From Myxococcales bacterium (GTDB lineage Bacteria; Myxococcota_A; Polyangia; Polyangiales; DASUME01): a stretch of 64,000 nucleotides of DNA. A model generated the notes under the pieces. It saw only the letters and a program-made list of their open reading frames with translations, made no database searches and was not told where the DNA came from. Positions 18,962 to 30,664 of this stretch are shown here, in pieces (the first letter of the stretch is position 1; every line of letters starts with the position of its first letter). Position numbers and translations under genes: made by a program. The stretch spans positions 992,001 through 1,056,000 of the forward strand of contig JASGJH010000001.1 in assembly GCA_047601445.1 (NCBI GenBank), read 5' to 3'.

Positions 18962-20266
18962 TCACTTCATCTGTTCGTTGCGCCACTGATCTTCTGGGCG
19001 CTCACGCTTGCGGATGACGTGGAACTGCGGGCCATCGACCAGCACCTCGCAGGCGCGCGGTCGACTGTTGTAGTTGCTGCCCATGCTGGCTCCGTAGGCG
19101 CCCGCGCCGCGCAAGACGAGGAGGTCGCCGCGGTTCAAGCTCGGCAGGGCGCGGTCGAGGGCCAAGAAGTCGCCGCTCTCGCAGACGGGGCCCACCACGT
19201 CGGCGGGCGTGTGCGGGGCGTCGTGGGCGGCCGCGCGCACGGGCACGATCGCGTGGTAGGCGTCGTACAATGCGGGCCGGATGAGCTCGGTCATGGCGGC
19301 GTCCACGATGACGAAGCGTTTCTCCGCCTGTTCCTTCACGAAGATCACCTGCGTGAGGAGCACGCCGGCATCTCCGACGATGCAGCGACCGGGTTCGACG
19401 ATGAGCTGGAGGCCGAGCTCCGCCGCGCCGCCGCGCACGAGTCCCTCGCGGATGGCCGCGCCGAAGGCGCTGTAGGGCTCCGGCGCCTGCTCCTCGTCGC
19501 CGTAGGAGATGGGCCAGCCGCCGCCAGCGTCGATGGTGGTGAGCGGAGCGCCCGCGGCCTTGAACTCGACGGCGAGACGCGCCACGGCCTCCACCGCGTC
19601 GCGCATGGCGACCGAGCCGCCGATCAGCGAACCGATGTGCGAGGCGAGGCCTTCGAGGTGTAGGTGCGGGCTCTTGAGGATGCGCGGCAGCAGCTCGCGC
19701 GCGCTCTCGACCGCGATGCCGAACTTGCTCTTCTTGAGGCCGGTCGCGATGTAGGCGTGGGTCTTGGGATCCACGTTGGGATTGACGCGCAGCGCGATGG
19801 GGGCGGGGCGACCCATGCGAGCCGCGATGGCCTCCACGGCGTCGAGCTCGGGCGCGCTCTCCACGTGCAGCGAACGCACGCCCACGGCCAGGGCGCTCTC
19901 GATCTCTGCGTCCGTCTTGCCGACGCCGCTGAACACGATGCGTTCGGCCGGGATGCCCGCTTCGAGCGCGCGCGCGAGCTCGCCGCCCGACACGATGTCC
20001 GCGCCGCAGCCGAGCTTCCCCAGGCGCTTCAAGATGGCGAGGTTGCTGTTGGCCTTGACGGCGTAGCAAATCTGGTGAGGCGTGTGGGCGAGCGCCTGAT
20101 CGACCGTGTTGTAGGCCTGACGAATCGCGTTCCAGCTGTACACGTAGGTGGGCGAGCCGACTTCCTTGGCGATGCTCGCCAGGTCGACTGCCTCGCAGTG
20201 CAGCGCGCCGTTGCGATAGACGAAGAAACTGGACTCCGGAATCTTGGACACGGACTCACTCCTCAA
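18962..20266 (-). CDS. lysA: Diaminopimelate decarboxylase
   Basis: YAVKANSN, DIVSGGEL, HIGS, EPGR, GPVCESGD, GAYGASMGSNYNSRPR. Confidence 0.96.
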   Translation of the reverse strand: MRSESVSKIPESSFFVYRNGALHCEAVDLASIAKEVGSPTYVYSWNAIRQAYNTVDQALAHTPHQICYAVKANSNLAILKRLGKLGCGADIVSGGELARALEAGIPAERIVFSGVGKTDAEIESALAVGVRSLHVESAPELDAVEAIAARMGRPAPIALRVNPNVDPKTHAYIATGLKKSKFGIAVESARELLPRILKSPHLHLEGLASHIGSLIGGSVAMRDAVEAVARLAVEFKAAGAPLTTIDAGGGWPISYGDEEQAPEPYSAFGAAIREGLVRGGAAELGLQLIVEPGRCIVGDAGVLLTQVIFVKEQAEKRFVIVDAAMTELIRPALYDAYHAIVPVRAAAHDAPHTPADVVGPVCESGDFLALDRALPSLNRGDLLVLRGAGAYGASMGSNYNSRPRACEVLVDGPQFHVIRKRERPEDQWRNEQMK

Positions 20267-21654
20267 GCTGGGCGCCGCGCACTGAGGCGCGCATCGAGTT
20301 CAGAGAGCTGCGAAAGAACCTGGGCGCGCGCTGGGCCGCCGTAGACGTCGCGGCGTTCCACGATGGTCTCGGGATCGAGGGCCGCAAAGATGTCTTGCTC
20401 GAAGGAGGGATTCTCCTCGCGCAGCTGGGCCAGGCTGAGCTCGGCGAGCACCTTGCCCTCGCGCACCGCCTTGGCCACGAGCCGGCCGGCCACGTGATGG
20501 GCCTCGCGGAAGGGCACGCCCTTGGCGGCCAGGTAGTCGGCGATTTCCGTGGCGTCGAGGAAGCCCTCGCGCAGTGCCCGGCGCAGCGCGTCCGGGCGGA
20601 AGCGGGCTCCTTCCAGGGCGCCCGCCAAGACCTCGAGGCAGGCATCGACCGTGTCGAAGGCATCGAACACCGGAGGCTTGTCTTCCTGGAGGTCGCGGTT
20701 GTAGGCGAGCGGCAGACCCTTGAGCAGCACCAGCATGGTCACCAGGTCGCCCACCACGCGGCCGGTCTTGCCGCGCACGAGCTCCGCCATATCCGGGTTC
20801 TTCTTCTGCGGCATCATTGAGGAGCCGGTCGTGAAGGCGTCGCTCATCTGCATGAAGCCGAACTCCTGGGTGCTCCAGAGCACGAGCTCCTCGGAGATGC
20901 GCGAGAGGTGCACCGCGCAGTTGGCCAGAGCGCTCAGGGCCTCGACCAGGAAGTCGCGGTCGGCAGTGGCGTCGAGCGAGTTGCGCGTGGGACGCGCGAA
21001 GCCGAGCGCGCGCGCCGTCATGTCGCGATCGAGAGGGAACGTGGTGGCAGCCAGCGCACCCGAGCCGAGTGGGCACTCGTTCATGCGGCGGGCAGCGTCT
21101 TCGAGGCGACCCCGGTCGCGCTCGAGCATCTCGCTCCAGGCCAGGATGTGGTGGGCGAGCCGCACAGGCTGCGCGCGCTGAAGGTGCGTGTAGCCGGGCA
21201 TCAGGACGTCCACATTGGCGCGCGCCTGGACCGCCAGCACACGCTGCAGGGCGTCGATGCGGCCCATGGTCGCGTGACAGGCCTCGCGCGTCCACAAGCG
21301 CATGTCGGTGGCGACCTGGTCGTTGCGGCTGCGGCCCGTATGCAGACGGCCGCCTGCGGCACCGATGCGCTCGGTGAGCAAGGCTTCGATGTTCATGTGC
21401 ACGTCTTCGCGCGCGTCGTCCCAGCGCATCTCGCCGCGCTCGATCTCCCCGCGAATCACCTCGAGGCCGGCGCTGATTTGGGCGGCGTCCTCAGGCGAGA
21501 TCACGCCGCGGGCCGCGAGCATGGCCGCGTGCGCCTTGGAACCCCGAATGTCCTGATCTGCAAGACGCTTGTCCACCGCCACGCTGGCGCTGAACTTGGC
21601 CGCCACTTCGGCGGGCTCCTGCTCGAACCGTCCTCCCCAAGCCTTGTCTGACAT
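20263..21654 (-). CDS. argH: Argininosuccinate lyase
   Basis: WGGRF, HTGRSRNDQV, PGYTHLQRAQP, GSSMMPQKKNPD. Confidence 0.97.
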   Translation of the reverse strand: MSDKAWGGRFEQEPAEVAAKFSASVAVDKRLADQDIRGSKAHAAMLAARGVISPEDAAQISAGLEVIRGEIERGEMRWDDAREDVHMNIEALLTERIGAAGGRLHTGRSRNDQVATDMRLWTREACHATMGRIDALQRVLAVQARANVDVLMPGYTHLQRAQPVRLAHHILAWSEMLERDRGRLEDAARRMNECPLGSGALAATTFPLDRDMTARALGFARPTRNSLDATADRDFLVEALSALANCAVHLSRISEELVLWSTQEFGFMQMSDAFTTGSSMMPQKKNPDMAELVRGKTGRVVGDLVTMLVLLKGLPLAYNRDLQEDKPPVFDAFDTVDACLEVLAGALEGARFRPDALRRALREGFLDATEIADYLAAKGVPFREAHHVAGRLVAKAVREGKVLAELSLAQLREENPSFEQDIFAALDPETIVERRDVYGGPARAQVLSQLSELDARLSARRPA

Positions 21655-21715
21655 CGCGATCCTCGTCACCGGGAGCCGTCTCGACTCCTCGAAAAATAGC
21701 GGCGTTTGGCCGTTT

Positions 21716-23980
21716 TCAATTGCGCCGGAACAGACCCGACAGGGGGCCGCGCCCGACAACCCTGGGGCGGCTCGGGGTATTGCGCAAGATGCGCGCCGCT
21801 CCGGGCAGCGCCCAGGCGTCCAGGAGCAGCGAAATCGCCAGCACGAACACCGGATGCATCACGCAGAGAGCCGCCGCCGCGCCCAGCAAGCCGCCGCCGC
21901 CCAACGCCACCGTCAACGTCACCTGGGCGGCCCGCCTTGCTTGCTGCGCCACCACCAGGGCTTCGGCCGCGTCTCGCAGGTCGCCGGAGGCCACCGCCAC
22001 GTCACCCTCGAGCGCGCTGCCTGCGCCTTCGAGGGCCAGCGCGATGTCGGCGGCCGACAAGGTGAGCTCGTCCGCCGGCGCACGCCCGATCACCGCGACC
22101 ACGCCGCCGGCTTCACGCAAGCGGCCCACTTCCACCGCGCGCTCCTCGCTGGTGAGTTCGGCCTTCACGTGGGTGATATCGAGCGTACGCGCGAGCGCTT
22201 CGACGCTGGTGCGGTGGTCGCCCGAGAGCAGCACCACCTCCACGTCCAGGTCGATCAACCGCTGGACTGCGCCGCGCGCCTCGGGACGCACCGGATCTTC
22301 GAAGATCAGCAGTCCCTGGGCACGGCCCCCAAGAGACAAGAACAACACCGTGCGCCCTTCGGCCTCGGCGCGCTGCGCTTCGCGGTCGGCCACCGCCACG
22401 CTCACGCCCGAGTTCAGCAAGGACTGTCGATTGCCCAGCGCCAGGGCCCCCCCGCCATCCACCAAGCCTGTCACGCCGCGTCCGCGCGTGTATACCGCGC
22501 GCCGCAGGGGCTTGGGCTCGATGCCGCGCTCCTCGCCGAAGCGACGCACCGCGTCGGCCAGTGGGTGGGGCTCGGCCACTTGCTCGGCCCCCAATGCGAG
22601 CGCAGCCAGCTCACGGTGATCCTGATCGCGGTTGAGCGGGCTCACCTCCAGCAAGGTACACACGCCCTGGGTCACGGTGCCGTCGGTGCAGAGGGCGGCG
22701 GCCGTGACGCGACCGCTGCGTTCCATGGTCACCGCGTCGCGAAAGACCATGCCGCGCGAGGCGGCACGGGCGCTCGCCGAGACGAACGGCAAGGTGACCC
22801 CGCGCACCAGGGATAGCGCGGGAAAGGCCAGCAGTGCCGCGCCGAGGCCGCCGAGCGCCACCGCGAGGTCGCGGGCGAAGGCCAGCGCGAACAAGGTGGC
22901 GAGGGCGGCGTAGGCGATGCCCGCCGTGCGAGAACGCGCCCAGGCCGCGATGCGCGTGACCTGAGCCGAACCTGGCGCTCCGCCGAGGCCGAAGCTTACC
23001 GGGCGAAACAGGGCTCGCGCATCGCCCACGCGGGTGGCACTCACGCGCAGGGCGCCCTCGACCACGCGAGCGCCTGCGAGCAATGCATCGCCCGCGCGCC
23101 GTACGACCTTGTCGCTGGCGCCCGGGTGAGGCAGCACCTGCGCCTCACCGAAGGAGATCACGCCGTCGACGGGCACCACGTCGTCTGCACCGACCACGAC
23201 CTCGTCGCCCGCACGCAACGTGGCGGTGAGCGCGGCGGTGGAGGCCAGCGGATCGCCGAGCAGATCACTGGTGGCCAGGCGCGCTGCCAAGGGCACGCGG
23301 CTGCGCAGCTCGGTGACCAAGCGATCGATGGGCTCCTGGGCGCGCCGCGCCATGTACTCGCGCGCCCAGATCGTGAGCACGCCCAGAGCTGCGGCAGCGA
23401 ACCATGGCCCACGCGAGGGCGCCAGCAGCCCAGCCAGGCTGACCAGCGCGACACCGAGCGGTGCCGCGGACCAAGCGACCACCCCGACTTCGCTGCGTTG
23501 AACGCTGGAGGCCAGGGTCACCCATGCTCCGCAGGCCACCAACAACAGCGCTCCGCTCGCACCCGCGGCGGTGCCGGGCAAGAAGGCACAGCCGACCGCC
23601 AAACCGGTGAGCACCAGCGGCCAGGCGGAGAGAGGCGCAAGCGGCGGTGGAGGCGCGCGCTCCGGCGTCGGCTCCCGCACCAGGATCTGCACCAGTTCCT
23701 CACCGCGCTCACCCAGCGCGTGGTCGAGCATCATCGGGCGCACGGAAAGCGGGCGCGACGCGTCGGCTCGGCGATAGTTCTCCTGGCATTCGAAGCTGCA
23801 GAAGTAGCGCAGCCCACGGTCCAGCATGATGACGGCAGGGGCACGCAACGGATCAACGCCAGCCGAGCAAGCTGCACAGCTCACCGACGGTTCGTACGGC
23901 ATGCGCTCTGGCGCGCTTCGGACCTCGGGCTCCGACACCGGTCCTGCACTAGCAGGTGATCCCGGCTGTCTCCAGCTCAC
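21716..23980 (-). CDS. Degenerate P1B-type ATPase-like membrane protein with N-terminal YHS/TRASH domain
   Basis: P1B domain order retained (PVDG, HPLA, GRGV, SGD), but DKTGT reads CTDGT and TGE, CPC and GDGxND are absent. Confidence 0.85.
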   Translation of the reverse strand: MSWRQPGSPASAGPVSEPEVRSAPERMPYEPSVSCAACSAGVDPLRAPAVIMLDRGLRYFCSFECQENYRRADASRPLSVRPMMLDHALGERGEELVQILVREPTPERAPPPPLAPLSAWPLVLTGLAVGCAFLPGTAAGASGALLLVACGAWVTLASSVQRSEVGVVAWSAAPLGVALVSLAGLLAPSRGPWFAAAALGVLTIWAREYMARRAQEPIDRLVTELRSRVPLAARLATSDLLGDPLASTAALTATLRAGDEVVVGADDVVPVDGVISFGEAQVLPHPGASDKVVRRAGDALLAGARVVEGALRVSATRVGDARALFRPVSFGLGGAPGSAQVTRIAAWARSRTAGIAYAALATLFALAFARDLAVALGGLGAALLAFPALSLVRGVTLPFVSASARAASRGMVFRDAVTMERSGRVTAAALCTDGTVTQGVCTLLEVSPLNRDQDHRELAALALGAEQVAEPHPLADAVRRFGEERGIEPKPLRRAVYTRGRGVTGLVDGGGALALGNRQSLLNSGVSVAVADREAQRAEAEGRTVLFLSLGGRAQGLLIFEDPVRPEARGAVQRLIDLDVEVVLLSGDHRTSVEALARTLDITHVKAELTSEERAVEVGRLREAGGVVAVIGRAPADELTLSAADIALALEGAGSALEGDVAVASGDLRDAAEALVVAQQARRAAQVTLTVALGGGGLLGAAAALCVMHPVFVLAISLLLDAWALPGAARILRNTPSRPRVVGRGPLSGLFRRN

Positions 23981-25467
23981 GACCCCTGTTCGATGGCGTA
24001 GGGCACGCCCGTGTCCAGCAGCACGCTGGTTCCTTCACCTACACCGGCCAACACCCCGTGCCAGGCGCTGGGCAGCTCGGGCAGGGTCCAGAAGAACAGC
24101 CAGCGCGCGTCTCGCGGAGCGAGGTTCACGCAACCATGGCTGCGCGGGTGCCCAAAGCGCTCGTGCCAGAAGGCCGCGTGCAGCGCATAGCTACCGAGAA
24201 AGTACATGGTCCACGGGACGTCTTCGATGCTGTAGGGCCCGTCGGTGGCGAGATCGTCGGCCATCGTCGTGGTCACGTGCTTGGCGTGGAGACGAAAAAG
24301 TCCAGTCGGGGTCGCATGGTCCGGGAGGCCCGACGAGACCAACGTGGCGAACACCGGCACTTCACCTTCGTAAGCGGTCAGGGTCTGGCGATCGAGATCG
24401 ACCCGGATCCAGCGCTCGTTGCGCGGCACGAGCTTCGGCCGCGCCAGCTTGTCGACGATGCGAATGGCCGTGTCCCGCAGCAAGAGGCCATCTTTGGTCA
24501 CGAAGTAGCGTCGCCCGGCTTTGACTAGGGACTCTCCGGTCAGGGAGTGAGCGCTGTGTACGGGCCAGTCGCCCCCGACCTTAACCAGCTCCCCAGTGAC
24601 GGGGTCCTTGCGCAGGATGGGAGCTCCGCCGCGGTACACGAAAGCCATGGGCAAGCTGAAGCGCTCGCCCAGCGTGACCCCGAGCCCCTGCGGCTGCTTG
24701 GCCTCCACCAGCTGCTCGGCCCGCACGAGCCCGCCGCGCACCGTGCGGAAGAAGCGGCGTGCGTCCAGCGTGTCTTCGAGTTCGCGATCGACACTTACGT
24801 AGAAGCCCGGCTGCATGCGCATGCGGAGCAGAGACGGAAACAGTGGTACGCCGGCGTCGGCGTCCACGCCCGCGTCGCTCGGCAGGTTGGCCAGGGTCGC
24901 GTTGACGGCTTGCTCTTCCTGCACCGTCGGCAGGCGCAGGAACTGCGCAGGCTGACCCGCCACGACCTTGCGATAGGGATAGGGCAGCGGGTCCGAGAGC
25001 GCTGGGAGGAGCGGGCTGTCTTCATAGGCCGGCGCCCGGCTGTCGATGGCCACGCCGTCCCCGTTGCACACGAAGCCGCCGCCCGAGACCTCGAACCAAC
25101 CTCGCGCGCAATCGCGGCGCGAGATCTCTTCGCTGGCCCGGAAGCGAGCCCCGCGTCGCAAGTAGCCCACGGCGCGCGCGCCGCGCTTGGGCGCGTCGAA
25201 CACGTGAGCCATGTGATACGTCGTGACGCCAAAGGCCGGATAGCGCTTGGCCACATCGTCGGCCTCGCCCAACCAGGGACCCCGCGCGCGTCGCGCCGGC
25301 GCTTGCGCCGAGCTGGGAGGCGTCGGAGGCTCGAGCTCGGGTACCTCGGGGAGCGCCTCGCCGTCTTCGCTGGCCGCTTCCGCCGCCTCATCGACGACCG
25401 GATCGGACTCCAGCTCCACGCAGGACAGACAGGTGATGACGACCAGCAGAGCGAGCAACGAGCGCAC
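23977..25467 (-). CDS. L,D-transpeptidase family lipoprotein
   Basis: Lipobox-like CLSC; YkuD motif ALHAAFWH...SHGCVNL. Confidence 0.9.
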   Translation of the reverse strand: MRSLLALLVVITCLSCVELESDPVVDEAAEAASEDGEALPEVPELEPPTPPSSAQAPARRARGPWLGEADDVAKRYPAFGVTTYHMAHVFDAPKRGARAVGYLRRGARFRASEEISRRDCARGWFEVSGGGFVCNGDGVAIDSRAPAYEDSPLLPALSDPLPYPYRKVVAGQPAQFLRLPTVQEEQAVNATLANLPSDAGVDADAGVPLFPSLLRMRMQPGFYVSVDRELEDTLDARRFFRTVRGGLVRAEQLVEAKQPQGLGVTLGERFSLPMAFVYRGGAPILRKDPVTGELVKVGGDWPVHSAHSLTGESLVKAGRRYFVTKDGLLLRDTAIRIVDKLARPKLVPRNERWIRVDLDRQTLTAYEGEVPVFATLVSSGLPDHATPTGLFRLHAKHVTTTMADDLATDGPYSIEDVPWTMYFLGSYALHAAFWHERFGHPRSHGCVNLAPRDARWLFFWTLPELPSAWHGVLAGVGEGTSVLLDTGVPYAIEQGS

Positions 25468-25518
25468 CCTTAGCCGGTCGCATACTCGAGCCTGCGGCGT
25501 CCAGAAAGCGGCGAGCGC

Positions 25519-27456
25519 TCACTTGAGCTCCCAGTTCGCCCCGAAGAACCCGCGCGCGAGGGGTGGCTTGGTGGGCACCAGGCGCGGACGCTCGGCGGTG
25601 CTCGTCGCGTCGTAGATCACATAGTCGGGCACGAAGTCCGGCAGGTTGTGGCCGCGTCGTACCCCCTCCACGGTGGGGCCCGCGATCACCGTGACGTAGC
25701 GCTCGGGCGACTCCGGATTCGGGTAGATGAAGCGCGTGCCCACGCCCTTGCCCTCGTAGCGCTTGGCGCCCGCCACGACGCCCGTCGCGTCCACCTGGAT
25801 GGGCAGCTTTGGCAACAGCCGATCCAACACGCTGTTGTCACCCGGCGTCCCGTAGAGCACGAGGTGCGCATCGCGCACCATCTCCGGCGTCAGCGCGCTA
25901 TCGGCCACCACCTCCTGCTCGATCGTCCATGGCCACATCGGCCAGCCTTTGGACCCCTTCTTGGCCAGCTCTTGCAGCGCCTTCGCGTTCTCCGGCCGCT
26001 GGGTGCCGTACACGTGGATCATGCGCCCGTAGTAGGCGTCGGTCAGCGGTCCGCTCAGGCCAGGTCGCTTCACCAGGCCCTTGTCCTCCGGCACCCCGAG
26101 AGCCCACGCCGTCTCCAGCTTCACCAGGTGTACCCGGTGCCCGAGCCCGCTCGGATTGCCCTTGAACGCGCGCGTGCCGTCGACGTCGATGCTGAGCTCT
26201 CCCGTGCCCACCGGCGCATCCCGCAGGTCGATCGCGAAGGCGCGCGTGTTGCTCGTGGTGATCTCGAGCTTGCCCGGGCTCGCCTTGCCCACGAGGCGCG
26301 CCAGCTGGGGATAGTCCGCGATGCGGGTGACCTCGAGCCAGTGCTGCCTGGCGGCACGATAGTCGCCGCTCACCAGGTGGACCTCGGCCGGTGATTTCTG
26401 ACGCTTGATGGGCGCCAGGTCCTTGTAGATGTTGCCGTGGCGGTGCACCAGGTAGAGCAAGTCGTGGCCGGCCTCGAACCACTTGCTCTTGTGGGGAATC
26501 GTGGTGGCTGCGAGGCGCTCGTCCAGCGTGTGCACGTAGGCCGGCTTCATCGGCCCCGGGTCGTGGTCGCCGTGGTAGTAGCGGAAGTCGGTGTTGTACC
26601 AGTTCTCGGCGAGATCCATGGCGTTCCAGGGCCGCATCAGCTCGGCTTCCACGCCCTTCACGTTGCCTTCACCGGTGTACTGCGCCCAGCTCGGCGCGCC
26701 CGCGATGGCCTGAACCACGCTGAAGCGCGACGCGTGCCGCGTGCCGACGGCGTAGGCGCCGACCCCGCCGTTGGAGAGCCCGCTCAGCACCACACGATCG
26801 GCGTCCACGTTGTAGTGCCGCGAGATGTCGTCGATCACGTCGAGCACGTCCTGCTCGCCCATCCAACGCCAGAGCAGCTGCCCGTAGCCATCCGGCGCAG
26901 CCACGATCCAGGGCGGCGACCACTTGGGCTCGTAGCGGTCCCACAGGTGAAAGTCGTACTCCTTCCAATTCATGTTGTTCCCGAGCACCACGCCCAGGAA
27001 CAGGTTGCCGTTGGAGGAGCCCCCGTGAAGCACGATCATCAAGGGCCAGCTCTTGTCCGGCGTGTAGTCCGGCGGGACGTACACCGTATAGCCCTGGATT
27101 CGCGTGGAGATGGGCGAGCGATAGCCCCGACTCACGATGCGCCCGCGCTCCTTGGGGTAGGGGTCCTCCCCCTTGGCCACCATATCCAGATAGCTCTGAG
27201 CGCGCGCGCGCCACTCGGCCGACTGCGTCTTGTAGCTGTCCTCGATGCGGTCGCTGACGTCCAGCAGGTGGGCGATGCTGGTGAACACGCCGGGGGAAAT
27301 CGCGGGCTGGCTCTTCTGGAGCTCCTGAAGGCGCGCGCGCAGCGGGTCCGCGGGGGGGCCCGAATCCTCTGCGCGGAGGCTGTTGAAGGCCGAAAACAGA
27401 GCTGTCAGAGACAGCGTGGTCGCCAGAAGAACGCCTCGAATCGATGCCCGCCACAT
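25519..27456 (-). CDS. Secreted alpha/beta hydrolase (esterase/peptidase)
   Basis: Signal peptide; VLHGG oxyanion region, GLSNGG nucleophile, HGDHD, AGHD. Confidence 0.8.
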   Translation of the reverse strand: MWRASIRGVLLATTLSLTALFSAFNSLRAEDSGPPADPLRARLQELQKSQPAISPGVFTSIAHLLDVSDRIEDSYKTQSAEWRARAQSYLDMVAKGEDPYPKERGRIVSRGYRSPISTRIQGYTVYVPPDYTPDKSWPLMIVLHGGSSNGNLFLGVVLGNNMNWKEYDFHLWDRYEPKWSPPWIVAAPDGYGQLLWRWMGEQDVLDVIDDISRHYNVDADRVVLSGLSNGGVGAYAVGTRHASRFSVVQAIAGAPSWAQYTGEGNVKGVEAELMRPWNAMDLAENWYNTDFRYYHGDHDPGPMKPAYVHTLDERLAATTIPHKSKWFEAGHDLLYLVHRHGNIYKDLAPIKRQKSPAEVHLVSGDYRAARQHWLEVTRIADYPQLARLVGKASPGKLEITTSNTRAFAIDLRDAPVGTGELSIDVDGTRAFKGNPSGLGHRVHLVKLETAWALGVPEDKGLVKRPGLSGPLTDAYYGRMIHVYGTQRPENAKALQELAKKGSKGWPMWPWTIEQEVVADSALTPEMVRDAHLVLYGTPGDNSVLDRLLPKLPIQVDATGVVAGAKRYEGKGVGTRFIYPNPESPERYVTVIAGPTVEGVRRGHNLPDFVPDYVIYDATSTAERPRLVPTKPPLARGFFGANWELK

Positions 27457-27562
27457 GGCCCGGCAGCCTACACCAAGGCCCCGTGCGAACGGAGGTTTCG
27501 GGAGCCTGGGGCGTGTGCTATCGCAGGCCGCGCACGGGCACTTTGGCGAGGAGAGCAGTCAG

Positions 27563-28975
<1,413 letters not shown>

Positions 28976-28978
28976 CGC

Positions 28979-30112
28979 GTGTCGATTCGCATCCGCGAGC
29001 ACCGGCCTGGGCGTGACATCGACGCCTTCATGCGGGTCCCCGAGATCCTGTACCAAGGCGATCCCGGCTTCGTGATGCCCCTGTACATGGAGCAGCGTGA
29101 CCGGCTTTCGCCGGCGAAGAACCCGTTCTTCGAGCACGCGGATGCGACGCTGTTTACGGCCTACCAGGATGGCAAGCTGGTGGGACGCATCAGCGCCCAG
29201 ATCGACCGCGAGCACCTGGCGCGTCACCACGACGGCGCAGGGTTCTACGGCTACTTCGATACCATCAATGACGTCCGCGTAGGCAAGGCCCTGATGGACG
29301 CGGCGGGTTCCTGGGTGCGCGCGCGCGGCATGAACACGCTGCGCGGCCCATTCTCGCTCTCCATCAACGAGGAAATGGGGACGTTGATCGAGGGCCAGGC
29401 CGAGCCGTCGATGCTGATGATGCCCTACCACCGTCCGTATCAGGACGAGATCACGATGGCGAGCGGGCTCGTCAAGTGTAAGGACGTGCTGAGCTGGAAG
29501 TACGTGGTCGGGGAGATCCCGAGGCGTGCCCTGGAGGCTCACGCCGAGGTCAAGGCCATGCCAGAGGTGCTCCTGCGCTCGGTGCGCTGGAGTCATCTGC
29601 TCGAGGACACCCGCATCATGCAGGATGTCTTCAACGACGCCTGGGCCGACAACTGGGGCTTCGTGCCCATGACCGGTCGAGAGGTCGAGAAGATGGCGGC
29701 CGACCTCAAGCTCATCCTCGACCAGAACATCGCGCTGATCGCGGAAATCCACGGGCGCCCTGTGGCAGTGGCGCTGGCGCTGCCGAACGTGAACGAGGCT
29801 GCCCGCGACATCCGGGGCAAGCTCACGCCGCTGGGCATCGCCAAGCTGGTCTATCGCCTCAAGGTGCAGCGCACGCGCAGCGCACGCCTGATCCTGCTCG
29901 GCATCCGCCGCGAGCTGCGCCACAAAAAGCGCTACGGCGGGCTGTCGGCGGCGCTCTACGTGGAGATCGCGAAACGCGGCGAGCGCGTGGGCTACACCTG
30001 GGGAGAGCTCGGCTGGACCCTTGAAGACAACCGTCCGGTGAACCTAGGAATCAAGATGATGGGCGGCGTACCCTACAAGCGCTATCGCCTGTACGAGAAG
30101 TCGCTGGCCTGA
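28979..30112 (+). CDS. YghO-like GNAT protein, candidate bacterial ceramide synthase
   Basis: 377 aa; NPFFEHA, GRISAQID, RGPFSLSINEEMG, FNDAWADNWGFVP, ELGWTLEDN, YKRYRLYEK. Confidence 0.75.
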   Translation: MSIRIREHRPGRDIDAFMRVPEILYQGDPGFVMPLYMEQRDRLSPAKNPFFEHADATLFTAYQDGKLVGRISAQIDREHLARHHDGAGFYGYFDTINDVRVGKALMDAAGSWVRARGMNTLRGPFSLSINEEMGTLIEGQAEPSMLMMPYHRPYQDEITMASGLVKCKDVLSWKYVVGEIPRRALEAHAEVKAMPEVLLRSVRWSHLLEDTRIMQDVFNDAWADNWGFVPMTGREVEKMAADLKLILDQNIALIAEIHGRPVAVALALPNVNEAARDIRGKLTPLGIAKLVYRLKVQRTRSARLILLGIRRELRHKKRYGGLSAALYVEIAKRGERVGYTWGELGWTLEDNRPVNLGIKMMGGVPYKRYRLYEKSLA

Positions 30113-30119
30113 GGTTCCC

Positions 30120-30545
30120 ATGCAGATCGCACGAATCATCCACGTACTCGGCAACATCCTGTGGCTCGGCGGTGGCGCGGTGGCCGCCTTTGCCATGGCC
30201 AATTTTGCGCTCGGTTCCAAGGAGAGCCGCGTAGGCGCCGCCCAGGTGGTGCGCAAGCTGGTGCTCTCGGTGGTCACGCCGGGGATGCTGCTGAGCTTTG
30301 CCGGCGGGCTCTACATGCTGCTCAGCTACTGGAGCGAGATCTACGCGAAGGCGCCCTGGATGCACATGAAGCTCACGGTCGGCCTGGTGGCTGCCGGCTT
30401 CTCGGGCGTGCTGTCGGGCAAGCTGCGGCGGGCTGCCGACGGGGCCGAAATCACGGGCAGCTCCATGCGCACTGCAGGCTGGGTGCTGCTTTTGAGCGCT
30501 GTCGCGGGCGTGGTGCTGGTGTTCACGCGCTTCGGCGGTCGCTGA
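30120..30545 (+). CDS. CopD/HemJ-like four-TM membrane protein
   Basis: IIHVLGNILWLGG and WMHMKL resemble the conserved His/Trp/Lys of HemJ/UPF0093. Confidence 0.65.
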   Translation: MQIARIIHVLGNILWLGGGAVAAFAMANFALGSKESRVGAAQVVRKLVLSVVTPGMLLSFAGGLYMLLSYWSEIYAKAPWMHMKLTVGLVAAGFSGVLSGKLRRAADGAEITGSSMRTAGWVLLLSAVAGVVLVFTRFGGR

Positions 30546-30664
30546 GCTTCTGCGAGCGCCGGTCCCGCTGGGGCTGCCGGGCAAACGTCGGAGACCGGAA
30601 GGGCAGCAGAGCAGCGCTCGCTGCGTGGGTGCGCGCTGGTCCAGCGCTTGCAGTCCACGACGGC

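Noticed and set aside
21716..23980. Calling the gene copA/zntA or a pseudogene
   Set aside because: Catalytic motifs are missing, so not a normal pump; frame is intact with normal codon bias, so not an evident pseudogene.
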